Sequence record: DRR378314_128
DNA: 36,533 nt
Strand: one strand, 5' to 3'
The position numbers and the translations under genes were made by a program. The notes beneath the pieces were generated by a model. It worked only from the letters and a program-made list of their open reading frames with translations, was not told where the DNA came from and did no database searches. Shown piece by piece: positions 15,883 through 25,818 of the stretch; the first letter of the stretch is position 1; the number at the start of each line of letters is the position of its first letter.

Positions 15883-15926
15883 TTGCAGAGGGGTTGGTGA
15901 GGGGGTAATGACTAACCCCTCTGCAA
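15883..15926. repeat. 16-bp inverted repeat with a 12-nt loop
   Basis: TTGCAGAGGGGTTGGT ... ACTAACCCCTCTGCAA (one mismatch); no U-tract follows it on either strand. Confidence 0.75.
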
Positions 15927-16156
15927 GGGGGATATTCGGATCGGCGAAACGATCCGTTGAAAGCAGACTATTCCAAGCCATCCGCCCCGTATATTGGGGG
16001 TTCCCCGTAGTAGGAAAAATTAATCTTCCAGACACATTCCGGACATCTGGTGCCGATACCAAGCAAACACGGCGCGCCTAGAAGACGTCTGATGATTTCT
16101 TGAGGGGGTACGAGTTCGGCGCGTCGTACCTTGATCCTGTTAGCCAGCCCAACACA

Positions 16157-17146
16157 TCAGGCGAGGCTGACAACTGTTCCCTGTTTCAGCGAAGTATCCG
16201 CCGCGTCTGCCAGAATCTGTGCGCGCAATCCGTCGATGATTCCAGGCGAAAGGGGCTCAGACCCGCTCATCGCTGTGATGAAATGAGCCATCTCGGCGCG
16301 ATAGGCGCTCTCATAGCGCTCCAGGAAGAAATGCTGGGCCGGGGCTTTGCGGAATCCCAGCGGGGTCGCAATTTCGACCGTATTTTCCAACATGTTTTCC
16401 GCGCGCAACAGACCTTTCTCACCATGCACCTCGATGCGTTGGTCATAGCCATAGCTGGCGCGACGCGAATTTGAGATCTGGCAAATCTTGCCGCTGGCTG
16501 TCGTCAAGGTAACGGCTGCTGTATCGACATCTCCGGCTTTGCCAATCTCGGGATCGACGAGCGATGACCCAACAGCATATACGCCGACCGGTTCTTCGCC
16601 CAGCAGAAAGCGAGCCATGTCGAGATCGTGGATCATCATATCGCGGAACAACCCGCCTGAACTTTTGATATAGCTGATCGGTGGTGGTGAGGGGTCGCGG
16701 GACAGGATGGTGACGATCTCGACGTTTCCGATTTCGCCGTTGGTTATGCGGGATTGGATGTTAGCAAAACTTGGGTCAAAGCGGCGGTTAAAGGCGGTCA
16801 TAAAGGGCACGCCTGTGGCCTCGACCACTTTGATACAGTCGCGGATACGGTCGGCAGACATATCGACCGGTTTTTCGCAGAAGATCGCTTTGCCTGCGTT
16901 CGCAGCTTGGTGAATCAGGTCGTAATGGGTGTCGGTCGGGGTTCCGATGACCACCGCATCGACATCCGTGCTTTCGATCAGGTCTTCCGCCGGCAGCACG
17001 TTTGCGCCGGTTTTGTCAGCCAGTATCTGGGCGGGTTCGGCAAATGCGTCGGCCACAGCCGTGACCCGCGCGCCATCAATCTGCCCGATCGAGCGCGCAT
17101 GCACCTGCCCGATACGCCCGCAACCAAGAAGCCCGATATTCAGCAT
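16157..17146 (-). CDS. iolG: myo-Inositol 2-dehydrogenase
   Basis: GCGRIG, CEKP, FNRRFDP, SRDP.PPP..Y...SGG.FRDMMIHD, YGYDQRIEVHG, FFLERY. Confidence 0.95.
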   Translation of the reverse strand: MLNIGLLGCGRIGQVHARSIGQIDGARVTAVADAFAEPAQILADKTGANVLPAEDLIESTDVDAVVIGTPTDTHYDLIHQAANAGKAIFCEKPVDMSADRIRDCIKVVEATGVPFMTAFNRRFDPSFANIQSRITNGEIGNVEIVTILSRDPSPPPISYIKSSGGLFRDMMIHDLDMARFLLGEEPVGVYAVGSSLVDPEIGKAGDVDTAAVTLTTASGKICQISNSRRASYGYDQRIEVHGEKGLLRAENMLENTVEIATPLGFRKAPAQHFFLERYESAYRAEMAHFITAMSGSEPLSPGIIDGLRAQILADAADTSLKQGTVVSLA

Positions 17147-17147
17147 G

Positions 17148-17978
17148 TCATGCCCCTTTGAATGCCTGCAGAACCCGGCGTGTCGCCTCGACCACCGGTT
17201 CGTGTGTCTCTTTCAGGATTTGAACGCGGTCGAACCTGTCTGGGTCGGTGTTCACAGCCGTGCGCAGGGCGTTCCCGAAGGCCATCCGCAGCTCGGTCCC
17301 GATGTTGAACTTGCAGACCTTAGACCCGCGCGCCAGCGCTGTGCGCTGCGCAACAGGGACGCCTGATCCACCGTGAATGACCAGTGGAACTTCGGTCACG
17401 GCTTCGATGGCACGAATGCGGGCCTTGTCCAGACCGCCTTCTTTGTTCTGTTGCAAATGGACGTTGCCGACCGAGATTGCCATTGCGTCTACGCCAGTCT
17501 CACGGGCGAACCGTGCTGCCTCATCCGGGTCGGTTCCGTCTGAATCTTCTCCGCCTGAATAGCCCACAAAGCCAATCTCTCCTTCGCAGGAGACCCCGGC
17601 GGCATGTGCCATCTCGGCTATCGCCGCAGTTTCTTCAATGTTCTGGGCCAATGGTTTGCGCGAGCCGTCGAACATGACTGAGGTGAAGCCACTATCGATA
17701 GCGACGCGGCACTCTTCATGGGTGTAACCGTGATCCAGATGCGCGACGACGGGAACACTCGCTCCTTCGGCCAGATGGCGGAACATCTTACCTAAGATCG
17801 GCAGCGGCGTATGTTCGCGACAGGACGGCCCGGCTTGCAGGATAATGGGCACATCTTCGGCCTCGGCTGCGGCCACATAGGCGCGCATGTCTTCCCAACC
17901 CAGCGTTACCAGACCCGCCACGGCGTAGCTGTCACGTAGCGCCGGTTGCAGCACATCCGATAATGTCACAAGGCTCAT
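17148..17978 (-). CDS. Class II fructose-bisphosphate aldolase family; probable 6-phospho-5-dehydro-2-deoxy-D-gluconate aldolase (IolJ role)
   Basis: AHLDHG, FTSVMFDGS, EGEIG, GNVH, LVIHGGSG, KFNIGTEL; located inside the iol operon. Confidence 0.9.
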   Translation of the reverse strand: MSLVTLSDVLQPALRDSYAVAGLVTLGWEDMRAYVAAAEAEDVPIILQAGPSCREHTPLPILGKMFRHLAEGASVPVVAHLDHGYTHEECRVAIDSGFTSVMFDGSRKPLAQNIEETAAIAEMAHAAGVSCEGEIGFVGYSGGEDSDGTDPDEAARFARETGVDAMAISVGNVHLQQNKEGGLDKARIRAIEAVTEVPLVIHGGSGVPVAQRTALARGSKVCKFNIGTELRMAFGNALRTAVNTDPDRFDRVQILKETHEPVVEATRRVLQAFKGA

Positions 17979-18832
17979 TTGAACTTAGCCACCATGTCCA
18001 TAATACCTGGGATAGTATGCAATTGGTCCGCATGGGTCGGCTGAAAATACTGCTTCAGCGAGCGTTGGCTGAGCCCGCCCAAGATCGTGAAATAATACAT
18101 TTCATAGCCCGGCAAAACAACGCATGGGTGGTACCCTTTGTCGATCATGATCGTTGAGCCATCCATGATGTGATAGGCATCGCCCGGCTTGTTATCTTCG
18201 CGCTGCAGCATCTGGACGCCTGAGCCATAGTTGGGCCGGAAGCGGAAGTTATAAGTCTCGTCATGGCGGGTCTCGATCATCTCGCCATCGTCACTGTGGC
18301 GATCCGTGTCGTGCTTGTGGCTGGGAAAACCGGACCAGCCGCCCTGACCCACGGTATAAAGCTCTGACACCAGCAGGCGGCCCACCTTGTCGTGGTGGTT
18401 TGCGCCAAGTATATGTTTGATCTTGCGATGGGTTTTGGTGTCGTCTGAACCATATTGCACAAGATCCAGCTCTGGCACGCGCACGTCGAAAGGTTCGAGC
18501 ACGCGGTCGTATTTTGCCCCGGCAATGAAAGTCTCAGTCTCGTCTGTCACGCAGGTAATGCGGACGTTGGCGCCGACAGGTACATAGACGCCTTCGGGCT
18601 CGCCATCCCAAACGTCGATGGTGCGGTTGCCCAAATTGGAATAGACCGCGCCGTCCACGTCGACATCGACGGTGCCAGTGGCGGGTACGATGCAGGTCTC
18701 ATATCCGGGCACGGCGTATTCGAATACCTCACCCTTTTTCAGTTTGACGATATTGAAATAGTTCAGCGGCACCAGATCACTGTCGGCATCGACAATGGGT
18801 TTGTTCTGGTTGTCATGGGGCGCAATATGCAT
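17975..18832 (-). CDS. iolB: 5-deoxy-glucuronate isomerase
   Basis: KduI/IolB cupin: LLVSE, G.WS.FP.HKHD, E.Y.FRF.P..G, GYHP....PGY.MYY. Confidence 0.92.
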   Translation of the reverse strand: MHIAPHDNQNKPIVDADSDLVPLNYFNIVKLKKGEVFEYAVPGYETCIVPATGTVDVDVDGAVYSNLGNRTIDVWDGEPEGVYVPVGANVRITCVTDETETFIAGAKYDRVLEPFDVRVPELDLVQYGSDDTKTHRKIKHILGANHHDKVGRLLVSELYTVGQGGWSGFPSHKHDTDRHSDDGEMIETRHDETYNFRFRPNYGSGVQMLQREDNKPGDAYHIMDGSTIMIDKGYHPCVVLPGYEMYYFTILGGLSQRSLKQYFQPTHADQLHTIPGIMDMVAKFK

Positions 18833-18844
18833 CTGCGTCTCCTT

Positions 18845-19822
18845 TCAGGTATCCGTGGGACCCGGGTGTTGGGCCAGAAAGTCGTCAAGCTGGGGCGTGG
18901 TCGGCATGGCCCCGGCGCAACCGGGCTTCGACACAACGATGGAGGCGCAGGCCGAGCCACGCAAAACCGCATCTCGAAGGTCGTGCCCCGCCGCGATCGA
19001 AGCCAGCAGCCCGGCCAGAAAGCTATCACCTGCGCCGTTCGGTTTTACGGCAGTGACCGGGTAGATGCCGGTGCGGACCTCTTGCCCGTCTGTCAGAGTG
19101 ATGGCCCCTTCGTGGCCCATCTTGTAGATCACCATCTTGCCGTTGGCGGCCAGTTCGCGGGCTTTGTCCAACCCTTTTTCGACGCCACCGGCCATAAAGC
19201 CGAACTCTTCGTCATTGCCAACGATCAGGTCACTTTCGTTGCCTGCGCGGGTCAGAACCTCTGAGGCGACTTCCGGGGACGGCCAGCTATAGGGGCGATA
19301 ATCGATGTCGAATATGACAGGCAGGCCAGCAGCGCGGGCGTTTTCAAACGCACGGAACGTGGCCGAGCGCGAGGGATCCGACGCAAACACCGTGCCCGCA
19401 GTGATCAGGGTCGAGAACGCGCCATAGTCCACTACGTCCATATCCGCTTCGGTCACCTGAAAATCGGCGGCACCGTTGCGATAGATGACGTTCTGGAAGT
19501 CCTCGATGCAGCTTTCGTAGACAGCCAGAGAGGTCCGCGCCTCACCGCCCACCGCGCGGATATACCGCGTTTCCACGCCATAGTCCTGCAGCCTGTTCAC
19601 ACAGAACCGCCCCACCGCGTCGTCCGAGACCGAGGTGATCAGCGCTGCCTGACTGCCCAACTTGACCAATCCAGCGCAGATATTGGCGCTCGATCCGCCC
19701 AAATCGGCGCGAAACATCCCAGCGTCTTCGCTTTTGGTTCCGGCGGGATCGGCATACATATCCATGCCAGCCCGCCCGAATACTGCAAAGCGATTGCCTT
19801 TTATGCCTTCGATCAGAGTCAC
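18845..19822 (-). CDS. iolC: 5-dehydro-2-deoxygluconokinase (PfkB family, short form without a fused C-terminal aldolase-like domain)
   Basis: GRAGMD.Y, LGGSSANI..GL.KLG, YRNGAAD, FDIDYRP, GNDEEF, GAGDSF. Confidence 0.92.
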   Translation of the reverse strand: MTLIEGIKGNRFAVFGRAGMDMYADPAGTKSEDAGMFRADLGGSSANICAGLVKLGSQAALITSVSDDAVGRFCVNRLQDYGVETRYIRAVGGEARTSLAVYESCIEDFQNVIYRNGAADFQVTEADMDVVDYGAFSTLITAGTVFASDPSRSATFRAFENARAAGLPVIFDIDYRPYSWPSPEVASEVLTRAGNESDLIVGNDEEFGFMAGGVEKGLDKARELAANGKMVIYKMGHEGAITLTDGQEVRTGIYPVTAVKPNGAGDSFLAGLLASIAAGHDLRDAVLRGSACASIVVSKPGCAGAMPTTPQLDDFLAQHPGPTDT

Positions 19823-20658
19823 TTGCGCCCCTCGGTATTTCCTGCCCGGGCAGCATCCAGCACCTCGGGGTAGGGGTAGTTGAGGCCCAGCAATTGCCGC
19901 AGATCAGGGCTCGCCTGATCGAGGAAGTCCTGTGGTAGTGCTGCGGGCATGTCCTCCATCGGTTTGACCCATTTGGGCAGGTACTGGATCAGGATCGCGC
20001 TGCGGTCGTGATTGGCGTTGTTGGGCATCGCGCAATGCCATGTGACACCGTAGAACAGAGCGACGTCACCGGGTTCACCGGTCATCTGCTCGCAGTTTTC
20101 ATAGAACTTATCTTCGGAGGTCGGATAGCGCAGTTCTTTCTGCGATCCGGGCACATAGCCGGTCGCGCCGCTTTCTACGGTGAACGGGTCCAGCAGGACC
20201 GAAACCTGCGCGTTCATCGGAAATGATCCGTTCAGGCCGACAGGATGTGTTTCGGGGCTGTGAAAGTCCCAATAGGGATAGTCCACATGCGGTTCCTGCC
20301 CAGGACCACCCGGCAGGATGCGGTTGGCCGCGATTGAGCCCATGATGAACTCGGTTCCCAGAAACTTACGGAGGATTTTCATCAGAACCGGATGCGCGGC
20401 CATGCGGGAAAACACGTCGCCCTTACCCAGCAGGTTCCAGACCCGGCGCTGCAGGTTCAGCTTGCCATCCTCTTCCGCAGCACCTTGAAAGTGGGTCACT
20501 TTTTCGGCCGCTGATTCAGAATGCTCCATGATGATGGCGCGCGCTTCGGCTATCTCCTCGGGCGTGAACAAGCCCGAGATGGCAACCGCCCCGCCGCCGT
20601 TCAGCAACTCTTCGACGATGGCGTCGGGATCGGCTGTTTCTGCTGTGAACCGTTTCAT
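19819..20658 (-). CDS. Phytanoyl-CoA dioxygenase (PhyH) family Fe(II)/2-oxoglutarate dioxygenase
   Basis: HxD (PHVD), LDPFT..SGAT..VPGS, PGDV, TWH...N....R. The ATG overlaps the iolD stop (TGATG) and its stop overlaps the iolC start. Confidence 0.88.
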   Translation of the reverse strand: MKRFTAETADPDAIVEELLNGGGAVAISGLFTPEEIAEARAIIMEHSESAAEKVTHFQGAAEEDGKLNLQRRVWNLLGKGDVFSRMAAHPVLMKILRKFLGTEFIMGSIAANRILPGGPGQEPHVDYPYWDFHSPETHPVGLNGSFPMNAQVSVLLDPFTVESGATGYVPGSQKELRYPTSEDKFYENCEQMTGEPGDVALFYGVTWHCAMPNNANHDRSAILIQYLPKWVKPMEDMPAALPQDFLDQASPDLRQLLGLNYPYPEVLDAARAGNTEGRK

Positions 20659-22526
20659 CAGATGCCCTTGCGTTGTTTTTCGCGGGTGGTTTCCCATTCG
20701 ACATGAGCGTTGCGGACCTTTTCGTCCGCCGAGGTGTGGGGCGTTCCGACCTCCCACCACGTATGACCTTCGGTGGTCCAGCCGTCATAGGCGTCCACAT
20801 CCATCACGATCACATAGGTCTTGTCGCTGGCTTTGGCGCGCTTGAATGCCTCAGCCAGTTCCGCAGGGTTTGCGACCTTTTCGCTGGTTGCCCCCATCGA
20901 GGCCGCGTGGGCTGTGAAATCAACGCCGAACGGTTCCGGGATGGTGGGGCAGTCTGCCAGCAAGTTGTTGAAACTTTCATTGCCGGTGTTGTTCTGAAGC
21001 TTGTTGATGACGGCAAAGCCGCCGTTGTCCAGCACCAGAACGATCAACTTCTTGCAGCTCAGGACTGATGAATAGATGTCCGAGTTTAACATCATGTAAG
21101 ATCCATCGCCGCAGAAGGTGATGGTGTCCTTATCGGGCTCGCGTTCGGATTGGGCGATACGTGCGCCCCAGGCACCTGCGATCTCATAGCCCATGCAGGA
21201 AAAGCCGAACTCGACATCAACCGTGCCGATATCAAGCGTGCGCCAGTTGGCGGTAACCTCTGCGGGTAGGCCTCCGGCGGCGGCGACCACTCGGTCGCGC
21301 GCGTCACAAAGCTCGTTCACAACGCCGATGGCTTGCGCGTAGGAGTTCGGACGATTGCCGTAGGCGACGTTCTCGGCGACATAGGCATCCCATTTGCGCC
21401 GCTCGTCTTGCGCCAGAGATACCCAATCGGTCGGCGCGGTATAGTCATTCGCCTGTGTTAGAGCCTGAAGAGAAAGTTTCGCATCCCCAACAACCGGCAA
21501 GGACATATGCTTGACCGCATCATGGCGCGCCGCGTTGATCGAGATGAACTGGGCGTCCTTGGCAAAGGCGGTCCATGATCCGGTCGTGAAGTCTTGAAGC
21601 CGCGTGCCCACGGCGACAATCACATCCGCCTGTTCCGCAATCGCGTTGGCACTGTCTGAGCCGGTCACACCAATCGGGCCGATGTTCAGCGGATGGGTCG
21701 CCAGCATGTTTGCACGGCCCGCGATGGTTTCGACCACTGGAATCTGATGTTTTTCCACAAATTCGGTCAGCTCGGTGACGGCCTTGGAATACTGTACTCC
21801 GCCACCGGCGATGATCATTGGGCGTTTCGCGCCCATTAAAGCCGCCGCAGCATCTTCGATTTCATCCGCATCAGGTGACTGGCGGCGAATGCGATGTACC
21901 TTCTTTTCAAAGAACTTCACCGGGTAGTTATAGGTCCACCCCTGCACGTCCTGCGGCAGCCCGAGGAAAGCGGGACCACAATCGCCCGGGTCCAACATGG
22001 TTGCGATGGCGGCGGGCAGAGATTGAATGACCTGCGCCGGATGCGTGATGCGATCCCAATAGCGGCTGACAGGTTTGAACGCGTCGTTCACGCCAAAGGT
22101 TGGATCGTTGTAGTTCTCCATCTGCTGCAGAACCGGGTCGGGCAGGCGAGTGATGAATGTATCTCCGCACAGCATCAGCATCGGTAAACGATTGGCATGG
22201 GCCAGTCCGGCAGCAGTCAGCAGATTCGCGGTGCCCGGCCCGGCGCTGGCGGTGCAGAACATGAATCGCTGACGCAACCACTGCTTGGCATAGCCTGATG
22301 CAGCGAATCCCATGCTCTGTTCGTTCTGTCCGCGATACAGGGGTAGTTCGTCCCGCATCGAATGAAGAGCTTCGCCCAGACATGTCACGTTGCCATGTCC
22401 GAAAATCCCGAAACCCCCGCCACATAGGCGATATTCCTGTCCGTCAATCTCGATGAACTGGTTCGATAACCAGCGAATGATCGCCTGCGCTGTTGTCAGG
22501 TAAACGGTGTCGTGTTGCGCGGACAT
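20658..22526 (-). CDS. iolD: 3D-(3,5/4)-trihydroxycyclohexane-1,2-dione acylhydrolase (ThDP-dependent)
   Basis: LTTAQA, IFGHGNV, NEQ.M, PDPVLQQ, VNDAFKPVSRYWDRI, E.GFSCMGYEIAG, GDGSYMM, WWEV. Confidence 0.96.
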   Translation of the reverse strand: MSAQHDTVYLTTAQAIIRWLSNQFIEIDGQEYRLCGGGFGIFGHGNVTCLGEALHSMRDELPLYRGQNEQSMGFAASGYAKQWLRQRFMFCTASAGPGTANLLTAAGLAHANRLPMLMLCGDTFITRLPDPVLQQMENYNDPTFGVNDAFKPVSRYWDRITHPAQVIQSLPAAIATMLDPGDCGPAFLGLPQDVQGWTYNYPVKFFEKKVHRIRRQSPDADEIEDAAAALMGAKRPMIIAGGGVQYSKAVTELTEFVEKHQIPVVETIAGRANMLATHPLNIGPIGVTGSDSANAIAEQADVIVAVGTRLQDFTTGSWTAFAKDAQFISINAARHDAVKHMSLPVVGDAKLSLQALTQANDYTAPTDWVSLAQDERRKWDAYVAENVAYGNRPNSYAQAIGVVNELCDARDRVVAAAGGLPAEVTANWRTLDIGTVDVEFGFSCMGYEIAGAWGARIAQSEREPDKDTITFCGDGSYMMLNSDIYSSVLSCKKLIVLVLDNGGFAVINKLQNNTGNESFNNLLADCPTIPEPFGVDFTAHAASMGATSEKVANPAELAEAFKRAKASDKTYVIVMDVDAYDGWTTEGHTWWEVGTPHTSADEKVRNAHVEWETTREKQRKGI

Positions 22527-22602
22527 GTCTGCGGGCTCCTTTGGAAAATTGCGGTGCAGTGCCGAATGCAGCTTGCGAGAGTCCTATTCTCACGATACAA
22601 GT

Positions 22603-22620
22603 TTTGCAACCGGTTGCAAA
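22603..22620. promoter_or_regulatory. LacI-family operator between divergent iol operons
   Basis: Perfect palindrome TTTGCAACCGGTTGCAAA with a central CG; an identical copy lies at 26903. Confidence 0.88.
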
Positions 22621-22654
22621 TGGTTTTCAAGAAAAAGCGAAGGAGGGCGTCAGA

Positions 22655-23758
22655 ATGGCAGAAATCGGCATTGGCATTCTGGGCGGCGGATATATGGGCA
22701 AGGCCCATGCGGTCGCCATGTCTTCGGTCGGGGCGGTGTTCAACACCGCGTTGCGGCCACGGTTAGAGATGGTGTGCGCGTCCTCGCCGGAAAGCGCTGA
22801 TCGATACCGTCAGGCCTATGGATTCGCGCGTGCAACCGATGATTGGCGTGTACTGGTGAATGACCCGAGAGTCGACGCCATCGTGATCGCCACGCCTCAG
22901 GAAACGCATCGCGAGATCGCACTGGCGGCCTTTGCGCTGGGCAAACCAGTTTTGTGCGAAAAGCCCTTGGGGGCGTCGATGGAAGATGGTGCCGCCATGG
23001 TGTTCGCAGCGGCGGAATCAGGTCTGCCAAATATGGTTGGTTTCAATTATATTCGCACGCCCGCCAGCCAACACGCCCGCCGGTTGATCGCCGATGGAGA
23101 GATCGGCGACATCACTTGGTTCCGGGGCGAACACACGGAAGACTTCTATGCTGATCCACAGGCCCCCGCGACTTGGCGCACGATGGGAATGTCCAACGGA
23201 ACAATGGGTGACCTCGCCCCGCACATGATCAATGCCGCGCTGGCGTTGATTGGGCCAATCTCACGCGTGATGGCAGAGGTTGAGACCGTACACAAAAGCC
23301 GCCCGGGTGGAGACGTGGACAATGACGACCACGCCCAGATGATGGTGCGGTTTGCAAACGGTGCGATGGGTTCGATGTATTTCAGCCGTATCGCGACGGG
23401 GCGCAAGATGGGTTACGCCTATGAGATCAGCGGCACCAAGGGTGCGATCCGTTTTGATCAGGAGGATCAGAATGCATTGTGGCTCTATCGTATGGACGGC
23501 CCCGAGGCCGAGCGCGGCTTTCGCAAGATCCTGACCGGCCCCGCCCATCCCGATTATGAACCGTTCTGTCAGGGGCCTGGCCATGGCACGGGTTATCAGG
23601 ATCAGATCATCATCGAAGCGCGCGACTTTCTGCACGCGATCGAGACAGGCAAACCGGTCTGGCCAACCTTCCGTGACGGGCATGAGGTCAACCGGATCGT
23701 CGCTGCGGCGCTGGCGTCGTCGGCGGATGAAAACTGGAAAAACATCGAAGATTTCTGA
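22655..23758 (+). CDS. Gfo/Idh/MocA-family oxidoreductase (inositol-isomer dehydrogenase-like)
   Basis: GGGYMG, CEKP, VGFNY, GDL..H. AGGAGG RBS before the ATG at 22655. Confidence 0.9.
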   Translation: MAEIGIGILGGGYMGKAHAVAMSSVGAVFNTALRPRLEMVCASSPESADRYRQAYGFARATDDWRVLVNDPRVDAIVIATPQETHREIALAAFALGKPVLCEKPLGASMEDGAAMVFAAAESGLPNMVGFNYIRTPASQHARRLIADGEIGDITWFRGEHTEDFYADPQAPATWRTMGMSNGTMGDLAPHMINAALALIGPISRVMAEVETVHKSRPGGDVDNDDHAQMMVRFANGAMGSMYFSRIATGRKMGYAYEISGTKGAIRFDQEDQNALWLYRMDGPEAERGFRKILTGPAHPDYEPFCQGPGHGTGYQDQIIIEARDFLHAIETGKPVWPTFRDGHEVNRIVAAALASSADENWKNIEDF

Positions 23759-23777
23759 GCATCGGAGACAAGACAAG

Positions 23778-24671
23778 ATGAGCATCAGAATTGGTAATGC
23801 GCCCTGTTCCTGGGGCGTAGAATTTGCGCAAGATCCGCGCAATCCGCATTGGAAAACCGTTCTCAGCGACTGTGCCGAGGCCGGGTACAAGGGCATCGAA
23901 TTGGGTCCGGTGGGCTTCATGCCCGAAGACCCAGCGGTTCTGGCCGATGCGCTAGCCGAGCATGACTTGGAACTGATCGGTGGTGTGGTATTTCGCAACT
24001 ATCACGACCCCGATGCGTGGGAGGACGTGCTTGACGCCACCCATCGCACCGCACGCGCGTTGAGAGCGCACGGGGCGCAGCACATGGTGCTGATCGATGC
24101 GATATCCCCCCGCCGTGCGCCGACCGCTGGTCGTGCCGATCAGGCTGAGCAGATGGACAAGGCGGAGTGGACGGCATATCGCGACCGGATTGCCGAAAGT
24201 GCGCGTATTGGGTCTGAGGAATACGGGCTGACCGTTGGTATGCACGCTCATGCGGCCGGCTTCATGGACTTTGAACCCGAACTCATCCGGCTGCTGGATG
24301 AGGTAGACGAAAACCTGCTGAAGATCTGCTTTGACACCGGGCACCATTCCTATGCCGGGTTTGATCCCGTGGATTTCATGACGCGTTACGTTGACCGGAT
24401 CTCATACATGCACTTCAAAGATATCTCGCCCAGCGTGAAGGCGGATGTGATTGCCAATCGAACCGGATTCTATGACGCTTGCGGGCAAGGGATATTCTGC
24501 AATCTGGGTGAGGGCGATGTTGAGTTTCCGTCGGTCCGTCAGGTGCTGCTGGACGCAGGTTTCGCAGGGTGGTGTACGGTAGAGCAAGATTGTGATCCGA
24601 CGCTTGATCCTGATCCGGTAGGTGACGCGCGGAAGAACCGCGAATATCTTGAATCCATTGGTTTCAGTTAA
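23778..24671 (+). CDS. iolE: Sugar-phosphate isomerase/epimerase TIM barrel; probable inosose dehydratase (IolE-like)
   Basis: IGNAPCSWG, GY.GIELGP, H.H, CFDTGH, HFKD, F..LG.GDV.F, W.TVEQD. It is the only candidate for this step in the cluster, so the exact function is inferred. Confidence 0.7.
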   Translation: MSIRIGNAPCSWGVEFAQDPRNPHWKTVLSDCAEAGYKGIELGPVGFMPEDPAVLADALAEHDLELIGGVVFRNYHDPDAWEDVLDATHRTARALRAHGAQHMVLIDAISPRRAPTAGRADQAEQMDKAEWTAYRDRIAESARIGSEEYGLTVGMHAHAAGFMDFEPELIRLLDEVDENLLKICFDTGHHSYAGFDPVDFMTRYVDRISYMHFKDISPSVKADVIANRTGFYDACGQGIFCNLGEGDVEFPSVRQVLLDAGFAGWCTVEQDCDPTLDPDPVGDARKNREYLESIGFS

Positions 24672-24684
24672 GGAGGTCCAGACA

Positions 24685-25818
24685 ATGACCAAGCTGAAAT
24701 GGGGCATGATCGGTGGCGGCGAAGGCAGTCAAATCGGCCCGGCACACAGGTTGGGCGCGTTGGCGGATGGGCACTTTGAACTCACCGCCGGAGCGCTGGA
24801 TCATCGGCCAGATGTTGGGCGCGAATATGCGCTGAGACTGGGCATCGCGGCAGAGCGGGCCTATGGCGACTGGACCGAGATGCTGGCCGGTGAGCGCGAC
24901 CGCGACGACAAGATCGATCTGGTCACAGTGGCAACGCCGAATGCGACGCATTTCGAGATTACCAAAGCCTTCCTCGAAGCTGGATTCAATGTGCTGTGCG
25001 AAAAGCCCATGACCATGACTGTGGAAGAGGGCGAAGAAATCGTCAAAGTTGCTGAGAAATCCGGGAAGATTTGTGCAGTAAACTACTGCTATTCCGCCTA
25101 TCCAATGGTGCGCCAAGCGCGCGCCATGGTGCGCGCAGGTGAGTTAGGCAAGGTTCGTCTGGTCGTCACTAACTTTAGCCACGGCCATCACGGCGATGCG
25201 ACAGATGCCGATAATCCGCGTGTACGCTGGCGTTATGATCCGGCGATGGCGGGGGTTTCCGGCCAGTTCGCTGATTGCGGTATCCACGCAATGCATATGG
25301 CCGGGTTCATTGCTGATGACGAAGTCGAAACCCTTTCTGCAGATTTTGCCTCAACCATTGGCAGCCGAGAGCTGGAAGATGACGCGATGGTCAACTTCCG
25401 CACGGCAAAAGGCGCGGTTGGCCGGCTGTGGACATCGTCGGTGGCCATCGGTCGTCAGCATGGGTTCGACATTCAGGTGTTCGGTGAGACCGGTGGCCTG
25501 CGCTGGGCGTCAGAGCAACCGAACCAGTTGATCTATACGCCCGTTGGTGGGCGCTTGCAGATTATCGAAAAGGGTGAAGGCGGCTTGCATGAAGAAGCGC
25601 AGCGCCTAAGCCGTGTGGCGATCGCGCATCCCGAAGGGTTCCCTCTGGCGGTTGCTAATATCTATTGCGATCTGGCAGATGCGATTGCCGGGGAAACCCG
25701 CGATGGACTGCCCAATGCGGCTGACGGCGTGCGGTCTATGGCGGCGGTGCACACTGCGGTCGAATCGGCAAAACAGGGCAGTGCGTGGATGGATGCGCGT
25801 CCTCCGATGTTCCGTTAA
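24685..25818 (+). CDS. Gfo/Idh/MocA-family oxidoreductase
   Basis: GMIGGG.GS.IG..HR, TPN..H, CEKP, WR.DP, DCGIHA, HPEGF..A.AN.Y. AAGGAGG RBS. Confidence 0.9.
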   Translation: MTKLKWGMIGGGEGSQIGPAHRLGALADGHFELTAGALDHRPDVGREYALRLGIAAERAYGDWTEMLAGERDRDDKIDLVTVATPNATHFEITKAFLEAGFNVLCEKPMTMTVEEGEEIVKVAEKSGKICAVNYCYSAYPMVRQARAMVRAGELGKVRLVVTNFSHGHHGDATDADNPRVRWRYDPAMAGVSGQFADCGIHAMHMAGFIADDEVETLSADFASTIGSRELEDDAMVNFRTAKGAVGRLWTSSVAIGRQHGFDIQVFGETGGLRWASEQPNQLIYTPVGGRLQIIEKGEGGLHEEAQRLSRVAIAHPEGFPLAVANIYCDLADAIAGETRDGLPNAADGVRSMAAVHTAVESAKQGSAWMDARPPMFR

